NCBI GenBank assembly: GCA_046542505.1
Contig: JBKHBH010000061.1
Coordinates: forward strand, 1-12,398
DNA: 12,398 bases
DNA from: Thermovirgaceae bacterium
Lineage (GTDB): Bacteria; Synergistota; Synergistia; Synergistales; Thermovirgaceae
Direction of reading: 5' to 3'
Of the stretch, positions 1-6,622 are shown in pieces. The notes under the pieces are model-generated. The model saw only the letters and a program-made list of their open reading frames with translations. It ran no database searches and had not been told where the DNA came from. Each line of letters starts with the position of its first letter. The stretch's first letter is position 1. The position numbers and the translations under genes were made by a program.

Positions 1-941
1 CGCTCCTTTTCCGTAAAAGCCGTCCTGACGGGCTGGGCGATGATCCCGAGGAATGCCAGGGTTTTCCCATGCTCCTCAAGCAAATCTTCTGAAATGGGGT
101 CCTTTTGATGGTGAAAGGTCGTATGCTTGTGGCAGGGCGCAGCACAGTTACCGCTGACAATGGCCCCGTCGAAAAGTTCCGTGGGCTGCATGTAAAGCGG
201 CAAGGAGCCTTCCCGCACGTTCAGGCCGTATATATAGTTGTCATGAAGAAGGCCTTCCGCAAGCACCTGCCGGACATATACAACCTTCGGAAGTTTTTTG
301 TACCGCTCGTGGATTTCGGGAACCGTCTCGTTTTCGTAAACACGTTCATCATAAAATTTTGCATCGGCGGCCGCCTTCCCTATAAGAGCGGCTGCCCTGA
401 CGCCGGCTTCTCTAACAGCCTTTTCGTGATCATGTTTGCCCAGTCCCTCCACAGGCTCAATTACCAATACAATGTTGCAAAGCCTTGAGAAGATGGAATA
501 CTCCGCCCCTGAGCCCGCCATATCGATGACACCTTCCTGGAAGTTCACCAGCCGCCCTGTGGTCACCACCGACGCCCCCTCAATGAAAGCCGTGGTTCCA
601 CGACCAGCAATCGTGTCGGGGGCGGTTCCGATACAGCCCGGGAAGACACATCCCGGACCCTCGACCTTCACCGCCGGCGCCAGGACATCCTTGACGGGGA
701 TGATCCGAACGCTTTCGCCGGGTTTCGCTATTCGGATAACCACTGAATGGACATGCCGGTCTTCCAGCAAGGCTTCCCTGATTTCCTCGCAGTTGATGAA
801 AAGTGTCCTTTCCCGGATCTCCGTCGTTTCGCCAAACACGACATCATCTACGGGAACACTTCTCAGATTCAGCGCGTTTCCCGCAAGGACTTCGCCGCTC
901 CACTTTTTGTCCTGAGTCATGTTGCCGACTGTTTGTGCCAT
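1..941 (-). CDS. Glycine/sarcosine/betaine reductase complex component B proprotein (alpha/beta subunits; GrdE/GrdG-like), 3' end outside window
   Basis: Not in the ORF track because no stop falls inside the window. Hand translation from ATG 941 (GGGGG RBS ~8 nt upstream; alternative ATG 920) is open for 313 codons to the edge: MAQTVGNMTQDKKWSGEVLAGNALNLRSVPVDDVVFGETTEIRERTLFINCEE...IAKPGESVRIIPVKDVLAPAVKVEGPGCVFPG...GASVVTTGRLVNFQEGVIDMAGSGAEYSIFSK...HDHEKAVREAG...LPKVVYVRQVLAEGLLHDNYIYG...PTELFDGAIVSGNCAAPCHKHTTFHHQ...TEKER. The motifs KPGESVRIxPVKDV, FQEGxIDMxGxGAEY, GLLHDxYxYG and DGAIVSGNC are characteristic of GrdE-family proteins. Confidence 0.93.
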   Translation of the reverse strand, partial: MAQTVGNMTQDKKWSGEVLAGNALNLRSVPVDDVVFGETTEIRERTLFINCEEIREALLEDRHVHSVVIRIAKPGESVRIIPVKDVLAPAVKVEGPGCVFPGCIGTAPDTIAGRGTTAFIEGASVVTTGRLVNFQEGVIDMAGSGAEYSIFSRLCNIVLVIEPVEGLGKHDHEKAVREAGVRAAALIGKAAADAKFYDERVYENETVPEIHERYKKLPKVVYVRQVLAEGLLHDNYIYGLNVREGSLPLYMQPTELFDGAIVSGNCAAPCHKHTTFHHQKDPISEDLLEEHGKTLAFLGIIAQPVRTAFTEKE

Positions 942-967
942 CCTGGCAACCCCCGTTTCCATTGGTT

Positions 968-1031
968 GTTTCTTCTAGTGAAACTTGTTATACTCTCATG
1001 ACAATGCTATCGAGGCAACTGACAATTGTCA
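968..1031. promoter_or_regulatory. Candidate operator palindromes in the divergent grd/XRE intergenic region
   Basis: GTTTC-N7-GAAAC (968-984); TTGTTAT-N6-ATGACAA (985-1004, one mismatch, abutting the -10); perfect 12-bp TGACAATTGTCA (1020-1031, overlapping the -35). Confidence 0.5.
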
Positions 1032-1032
1032 A
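1004..1032 (-). promoter_or_regulatory. sigma70-type promoter for the Grd-like gene (-35 TTGACA, 17-nt spacer, -10 TAGCAT)
   Basis: Minus strand: TTGACA at 1032-1027, exactly 17 nt, then TAGCAT at 1009-1004, about 60 nt upstream of ATG 941. Confidence 0.75.
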
Positions 1033-1131
1033 GCATAATGACCCGGGTTCCAGGCCCAAAAAGACGAATGCTTGTAGTATTCTTGGGCATGTGGAAATCT
1101 GAATACTACCGACAGCCAAGGGGAGGTTCCC

Positions 1132-1695
1132 ATGGGAATCGAAAAACAAACAGGCGAGAGGATCCGTCGTCTGCGCAAAGCCCGTCACATGACCATGGCT
1201 GCCCTGGCCGAAGCGGCCGGGATATCAAAAGCGCTCCTGTCAAAAATTGAAAACGGCAGGGTCAGTTCCCCCATAACAACCTATGAACGAATCGCGAAAC
1301 AGCTCGGAACCAGCCTCGGCGGCCTGTTCCAGGAAGCGGAAAAAGACCCGGACTGCCTGCTCGTTCCGAAGGGACACACGGTATCCGCTGAAAACGGGGG
1401 ATACGGGTACCGGTTTGAGAAAATCGGTGAAGGCTGGGCAAACGACAGGTACATTCCCTTTCTTTTGACATACTATCCCCTTGACGAAACCGAGAGTGAA
1501 ATCTCCCCAGGATTTTCCGGGAACGGCGAAGAGTTTTTCTACATACTCGAAGGGGAACTTGAAATGCATTTCGGTGGCGATGTCTACACCCTGGGACCCG
1601 GAGATTCCTTTTTTCTCAGGGCGGAGGTCCCCCACGGAGGTCGAGCGAAAGGAAACAAAAAAGCCGTGGCACTCATGATTGCCGTTTTGGAATAA
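1132..1695 (+). CDS. XRE-family HTH transcriptional regulator with C-terminal cupin domain
   Basis: N-terminal HTH_3 pattern GERIRRLRKARHMTMAALAEAAGISKALLSKIENGRVSSPI; cupin motifs GEEFFYILEGELE...YTLGPGDSFF...PHG; GGAGG RBS upstream of ATG 1132. Confidence 0.95.
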   Translation: MGIEKQTGERIRRLRKARHMTMAALAEAAGISKALLSKIENGRVSSPITTYERIAKQLGTSLGGLFQEAEKDPDCLLVPKGHTVSAENGGYGYRFEKIGEGWANDRYIPFLLTYYPLDETESEISPGFSGNGEEFFYILEGELEMHFGGDVYTLGPGDSFFLRAEVPHGGRAKGNKKAVALMIAVLE

Positions 1696-1741
1696 AATCC
1701 AGGAGCCGACTTTTCACAAACCGCAGGTACCGCCAATATGA

Positions 1742-1771
1742 GAGGCCGGGAGGGGCATCCCTCCCGGCCTC
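1742..1771. terminator. Perfect 13-bp GC-rich hairpin between convergent XRE and dctP genes; probable (bidirectional) terminator
   Basis: GAGGCCGGGAGGG-GCAT-CCCTCCCGGCCTC. It lies 26 nt past the dctP stop and 46 nt past the XRE stop. U-tracts are weak on both sides. Confidence 0.75.
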
Positions 1772-1797
1772 CGGACTTTTCAATCACTTCATGTCCG

Positions 1798-2808
1798 TTA
1801 TTCCATAAGCGGGACCATGACCTCTTCGTAGACGGATTCACCGATTTCGCGCTTGATGTTGGGCCATACCTCTGCGCGGACTTTCTCCGCAATCACTTCA
1901 AGTTCTTCATCGTTGAAGGTGATGATCTCCACACCTTCATCGGCAAGGCGCTGCATATTCTTTTTCTCCGCATCGGGTGCCTCGTCCCACCGCTTGGCTT
2001 CCAGCTCCCGTCCAAGTTCCGTCAGCAACTTTTGGTCTTCCTCGGAAAGGCTGTCCCAAAGATCCTTGTTCATGTACCACCACCACATCTCGAAGTGGTC
2101 GTTGTTGGCATGAAAGGAGTTCAAAAGATCCCTGAAGTTGGCGTAGTAACCTTCGGCGCCGCCGCCGATGACTCCGTCGACGATCCCCGTTTGCATCGAC
2201 GTGAAGACTTCCGCCCAGGGAATCGGCGTCGCCTGATAGCCCAGAGACTCCGCCGTCAGCTCGAAGGATTTGATCGGCGGAACGCGGATCTTCGCTTTTT
2301 TGGGAACGTTGGGATCAGTGGGCTCAGGAACTTCCTTGATCATCCCGATACCGCCGAAGTATACGGGCCACCCCGAGATCAGGTGAATGTTCTCCTTCTT
2401 CTCGAGAATCTCGGCCACCTTTTCGTATACAGCCCCGCCCGGGCCGAACAGGTCCTGCGCCTCATCGTAATTTTTCGCCAGGTACGGCGCCGCAGGCAGG
2501 TTCAACTCCTTCGAAACCGTCGTCCCCAGGCAGGCAAGCTGGGATTCCACGGCACCCATGGAACAACGTTCCTGAACTACCGTGTAATCTCCGAGCTGGC
2601 TCGCCGGATAGACATCGAAAACGATCCTTCCGTCTGACTCTTCCTCGATCTTCTCCACAAGCCATTTGACGTCCCGGTCGATCTCTGTTCCTTCGGGACG
2701 GATATGGCCGATCCTCCACTGGTACTCCGCTGCCAGAGCCGTTCCCGCGGTCACGGCCAATACCGCAAGCGCCAGGACGACTGCAACAATACGCCATTTC
2801 GATTTCAT
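1798..2808 (-). CDS. dctP: TRAP transporter substrate-binding protein (DctP family)
   Basis: Signal peptide MKSKWRIVAVVLALAVLAVTAGTALA-A; DctP motifs FDVYPASQLG, KIRVP (conserved anion-binding Arg) and ATPIPWAEVFTSMQTGIVDG. Start moved from 2943 to ATG 2808 (or 2811) because of the GGAGGG RBS at 2820-2815. Confidence 0.95.
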   Translation of the reverse strand: MKSKWRIVAVVLALAVLAVTAGTALAAEYQWRIGHIRPEGTEIDRDVKWLVEKIEEESDGRIVFDVYPASQLGDYTVVQERCSMGAVESQLACLGTTVSKELNLPAAPYLAKNYDEAQDLFGPGGAVYEKVAEILEKKENIHLISGWPVYFGGIGMIKEVPEPTDPNVPKKAKIRVPPIKSFELTAESLGYQATPIPWAEVFTSMQTGIVDGVIGGGAEGYYANFRDLLNSFHANNDHFEMWWWYMNKDLWDSLSEEDQKLLTELGRELEAKRWDEAPDAEKKNMQRLADEGVEIITFNDEELEVIAEKVRAEVWPNIKREIGESVYEEVMVPLME

Positions 2809-2923
2809 CATATTCCCTCCCTTTTCTTGTCGTTTGTTCCCGTGGTACTGTCCCATCGGCTCCAGTGAAATGGTCCCCGATGAATCCCCCCTTTCGGGAA
2901 GAGAATAGAGAAATTTTCTTTTG

Positions 2924-3931
2924 TCAAACCTTGTCATCCACAAAGTCGAACTCTACACCAACACCCTTTTCAAGGGCCTTGCGATAGGCCACAGTCGCCA
3001 CGGCGATATCCATGGCTCCCGTCCCTATCGGTATGCATAGGATTCTCTCCTGCCCGTTTTCCCGGCCTTTTTTCTTCCCGGCGATCACTTCTCCGATGGT
3101 GGCATAGAGGTCTCCTTCGCCTAGACGCCCTGACTCCACCACTTCCTTCAGGGCGCCCCTGTGCAAGGTTTGCCCCACGTGGTCAACAATAATCTTGTCC
3201 ACCGAGAGCATGAGGTCGTCGGCACATTCCCTGAAAGACCCCAGCGGGCAGACGGTCATGCCCTTGGTTACCATCCCGTTTGTTATGAACTTGTTCCGGG
3301 CATGTGTCACGGAAACCAAGGCATCGGCGCCTTCAGCGGCTTCTTCGGGTGAAGAAACCGTTTTTATCGGAACACCGGTCTTCCCGGCCATTTCTTCGGC
3401 GAAGCGTTCCGCAGCTTCCGGCCTGATGTCGTACACCCGGAATTCCTCCACGTCCAGGCTTGCGGCAATGGCCGAGACCTGGGTCCTGCCCTGCGCTCCG
3501 GCGCCGTAAAGGCCGATCACAGGCTTGTCCCCTTTTGCGATAAGGTATTTCAGGGCCACGGCTGTCTGGGCACCCGTTCTCAAGGCCGTGACCAGTTCGC
3601 CATCCATGCTGGCAAGAAACCGGCCGTCTTTCGGATCAACCAAAAGAATCATTCCGCTGATGTAGGGTAGCCCTTTTTCAGGGTTCCCTTCCCAGCCACC
3701 GATGAACTTGATCCCTGCGCTTTCCTGCCATCCCACGAAGGCGGGCATGGAATTCATTCCAGCCTTGTAGGGGAGTCCGCTCGGACCGTCACCGAGGTCC
3801 AGATGCACCTTCGTGGGATTCACAACGCTCCCTTCACCCATGCCCCTGAATGTCTTCTCCACGGCGTCAAGGACCTCGGGCATCGTGACCAGTTCCCTTA
3901 CCTGTTTCTGCGTCAGCAAAAGCGTGCTCAT
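2924..3931 (-). CDS. Ornithine cyclodeaminase/mu-crystallin family protein (paralogue 2; probable NAD-dependent imine reductase/amino-acid dehydrogenase)
   Basis: MSTLLLTQKQV start with GGAGGTGA RBS (the ORF-track start at 4222 overlaps the upstream gene). Motifs MPA, GIK, TALRTGA, GxYGAGAQG Rossmann fold, VYDI, KIIVD, TIGEVIAGKKKGR, GTGAMDIAVA. Confidence 0.93.
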   Translation of the reverse strand: MSTLLLTQKQVRELVTMPEVLDAVEKTFRGMGEGSVVNPTKVHLDLGDGPSGLPYKAGMNSMPAFVGWQESAGIKFIGGWEGNPEKGLPYISGMILLVDPKDGRFLASMDGELVTALRTGAQTAVALKYLIAKGDKPVIGLYGAGAQGRTQVSAIAASLDVEEFRVYDIRPEAAERFAEEMAGKTGVPIKTVSSPEEAAEGADALVSVTHARNKFITNGMVTKGMTVCPLGSFRECADDLMLSVDKIIVDHVGQTLHRGALKEVVESGRLGEGDLYATIGEVIAGKKKGRENGQERILCIPIGTGAMDIAVATVAYRKALEKGVGVEFDFVDDKV

Positions 3932-3968
3932 TCCTTCACCTCCCGATTGTGTGTGAGTTGAACCGGCT

Positions 3969-4964
3969 TTAGGCGAATTCGTAGCTCCCGCCCATGCCCT
4001 CTTTTTCGGCGCGTTCGAGGACCGTTGCCGCCACGGCGATGTCCATGGCGCCGGTACCGATCGGGATACAGAGAATCCGCTCCGATGAACAGTCGCGTCC
4101 CTTCTTTTTGCCGGCCACGACTTCTCCGATGGTGGCATGTATGTCCTTTTCAGTGATCTTTCCAGCTTCGCTGAGTTCCTTGAGGGCACCCCGGTGCAGG
4201 CACTGTCCGATGTGATCCACAATGATCTTGTCGGTATTCAGGATAAAGTTATCTTCGCACTCCTGGTAGGATCCCATCGGGAAGAGGATCGTTCCCGGCT
4301 TCAGCCACTCGTCCTTGACGAACTTGTCCTTGGACTGGGTGACACAGACCACAACATCGGCATCCGAAGCCTCTTCGGGCGTTTCTGCGATCACGATTTC
4401 GCCCTTGACGGTGTCCTTCATGTCTTCTGCGTATCTTTTGCTTGCCTCCGGGAAAATGTCATAAACACGGACTTCCTCGATGTCAAAAAGCTCCGCGATG
4501 GCCATGGTCTGCGTGTGCCCCTGCATGCCCGCTCCATAGAGGCCGAGGCGCAGTTCCTTTTTCGGGTAGAGGTACTTGAGAGAAACTGCCGTCTGTGCAC
4601 CGGTCCGGAGATTCGTGATATGCGCACCGTCCATAACGGCACGAAAATTGCCTACCCTGGGGTCGATCAGGAGGATGAGAGATGTGATGTAGGGAAGACC
4701 CATTTTCTTCCTCGCTCCGAGAAACCCGCCGGCCCACTTGATGCCTGCCGTATCCTGCCATCCGACATAGGCGGGCATGGCGTTCATGAATCCTTCGTAG
4801 GGAGGGAAAGATGCCGTCTCCCCGAGATCCAACCCCACCTTGGTGGGGTTCACCACGGTGCCTTCGCCCATTCCCTTGAAGGTCTTCTCTACCGCTTCAA
4901 CTACATCTTTCATGGTGATAAGCTTCTTCACTTCTTCCTGGCTCAAGAGACGCGTCTGAAACAT
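3969..4964 (-). CDS. Ornithine cyclodeaminase/mu-crystallin family protein (paralogue 1)
   Basis: AAGGAGG RBS. Motifs NAMPAYVG, GIKW, TNLRTGA, GLYGAGMQG, VYDI, KIIVD, TIGEVVAGKKKGR, GTGAMDIAVA. Confidence 0.95.
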   Translation of the reverse strand: MFQTRLLSQEEVKKLITMKDVVEAVEKTFKGMGEGTVVNPTKVGLDLGETASFPPYEGFMNAMPAYVGWQDTAGIKWAGGFLGARKKMGLPYITSLILLIDPRVGNFRAVMDGAHITNLRTGAQTAVSLKYLYPKKELRLGLYGAGMQGHTQTMAIAELFDIEEVRVYDIFPEASKRYAEDMKDTVKGEIVIAETPEEASDADVVVCVTQSKDKFVKDEWLKPGTILFPMGSYQECEDNFILNTDKIIVDHIGQCLHRGALKELSEAGKITEKDIHATIGEVVAGKKKGRDCSSERILCIPIGTGAMDIAVAATVLERAEKEGMGGSYEFA

Positions 4965-5014
4965 GGGACTTCCTCCTTGTTTATATTGTATTCTTTTCTA
5001 ACAATTCATGCCAG

Positions 5015-6601
5015 TCATTTCCCCCCGCATTCGCCCTGACAGCCTGAACATTTCGCAAGCCATTCCCCCTTGAGCCGCCGTGCCGTTTCGGTGGATCCGA
5101 GTCCGCCGAGCATGGTTCCCCGAAGCTCCACAGGAAGGAGACTTTGGACGTTTCGGAGGGCATCGATCACTTCATCGGGTGGGATAACGCTCTTTATTCC
5201 CGCAAGGGCCATGTCTGCAGCCGCAAAGGCATTGGCCACGCCGACGGCGTTCCTCTTGATGCAGGGAACCTCCACAGGACCCGCTACGGGGTCACAGACA
5301 AGCCCGAGGAGGTTTTTCAAAGCGAGTGCCATGGCCTGGGACGTCTCTTCCGCCGAACCGCCACCGATTTGCACAAGCGCTGACGCAGCCATGGCTGAAG
5401 CGACACCGATCTCGGACTGGCAACCTCCGAGGGCTCCGGAAACGGGGGCTTTCGCGGCTATGAGAGCCCCGTACACCCCGGCCACAAGAAGCCCGTCAAC
5501 AAGGCTTTCTTTGCTGGTCTGGTAAATTTCCGCCACTGCCGAAAGGACGCCCGGAAGAACGCCGCAGGACCCGGCTGTAGGCGCCGCACAGACACGCCCC
5601 ATCGAGGCATTGACCTCCATGGCTCCCAATGCCCTGGCTAGGGCCAGAGGAAGCACTGCACCTGAAAGGGTCCTGCCACTGCCCATGGCAGCAACAAGCC
5701 GCTTTGCGTCATTTCCCGGCATCAGACCGCCGATCATGTCATTTTCGCCGGAAATGCCCTGTCTTGCCGCTTCTTCCATGACCGCCCAGACCCGCGAGAG
5801 TTTTTCCCGAATGCCATCTTTCCCGAGGGAGCTACGGCCTTGTTCATATTCCTCGATGACCTGAGGAAGTCTCGTCCCTGAACTGGAAACGGCACCGAGC
5901 ATTTCATCCACCGTCCGGAACAGGGGGCGGCCCTCGGCCGTTCCGTAGTCGTAAAGAGGGGCCAAAAGGCGTGTTTTCCTTACCCCTGTCGTGTTCTGCA
6001 GTTTTTCCGTCATCCCGGCGCGAGCCGCCTCATCAAGGGGTATTGCCAGAACATCCCCGCCGTCGCCCCCCCAGGCTTCGGAGAGGCTCAGATCCTGCAG
6101 GTCCCGATTGCGGTCGAAATCTTCCCCCAAAAAGACAAGGAGCATTTCCCTTTTCCCGCGAAGCTCCGTTGGGTTTCCGTCGACGGATGAAACCAGGATC
6201 TCCCCGCCGCCTACCGTAATGCTTTCAATCCTCGTCTTCCCTTCGCGGGTTGTAATTTCAAGATCGATGGTGTTGGGGTTTTTCTCCTTTGATTCCAGGG
6301 GGTGTATCCTGACCTGCAGCCCCCGCCTTTCGGCTTCAGCGTATGCGCTCTTGATCCGTGGATCGTCCACATCCATGCCAAGAAGTCCGGCGACCACGCC
6401 TGAATCGGTCAGGTGCCCCTTGTAGGTCTGTGAAAGGGAACCGTAAAAAGTGATATCCACCTCCATCGGCTCTCCTCCCGAAATGTAACGGCCGATCAGG
6501 CCGATCCGGACGGCACCCGCCGTATGGGAACTCGAAGGGCCCGTCATGACCGGTCCCAGGATGTCAAAAATGCTGCCCGGATCACTCGCGCTGGTTTTCA
6601 T
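5015..6601 (-). CDS. sdaA: Fe-S-dependent L-serine dehydratase-like enzyme, fused beta (SdaAB) + alpha (SdaAA) chains
   Basis: Beta-chain motifs SIFDILGPVMTGPSSSHTAGAVRIG, YGSLSQTYKGHLTD, SITVGGG. Alpha-chain motifs EVNASMGRVCAAPTAGSCGVLPG and the three [4Fe-4S] Cys in GGCQSEIG and GLVCDPVAGPVEVPCIKRN. Confidence 0.93.
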   Translation of the reverse strand: MKTSASDPGSIFDILGPVMTGPSSSHTAGAVRIGLIGRYISGGEPMEVDITFYGSLSQTYKGHLTDSGVVAGLLGMDVDDPRIKSAYAEAERRGLQVRIHPLESKEKNPNTIDLEITTREGKTRIESITVGGGEILVSSVDGNPTELRGKREMLLVFLGEDFDRNRDLQDLSLSEAWGGDGGDVLAIPLDEAARAGMTEKLQNTTGVRKTRLLAPLYDYGTAEGRPLFRTVDEMLGAVSSSGTRLPQVIEEYEQGRSSLGKDGIREKLSRVWAVMEEAARQGISGENDMIGGLMPGNDAKRLVAAMGSGRTLSGAVLPLALARALGAMEVNASMGRVCAAPTAGSCGVLPGVLSAVAEIYQTSKESLVDGLLVAGVYGALIAAKAPVSGALGGCQSEIGVASAMAASALVQIGGGSAEETSQAMALALKNLLGLVCDPVAGPVEVPCIKRNAVGVANAFAAADMALAGIKSVIPPDEVIDALRNVQSLLPVELRGTMLGGLGSTETARRLKGEWLAKCSGCQGECGGK

Positions 6602-6622
6602 TCGAGCTCCCGCCCCTTCTTC

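Noticed and set aside
340..365. Possible frameshift or stop in the A/T run of the Grd-like gene
   Set aside because: Careful reading gives GCA AAA TTT TAT GAT GAA; the frame stays open and downstream family motifs remain in frame.
105..1102. Plus-strand ORFs 105-488, 436-915, 747-1001, 803-1102
   Set aside because: Antisense shadows of the minus-strand GrdE-like gene; no recognisable motifs.
2809..4222. ORF-track extended starts for dctP (2943) and OCD paralogue 2 (4222)
   Set aside because: Both overlap the upstream gene. Strong RBSs, the signal peptide and paralogue alignment support ATG 2808/2811 and ATG 3931.
4998..5014. Possible sigma54 promoter (minus-strand TGGCA...) before OCD paralogue 1
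   Set aside because: No GC dinucleotide at the required -12 position.
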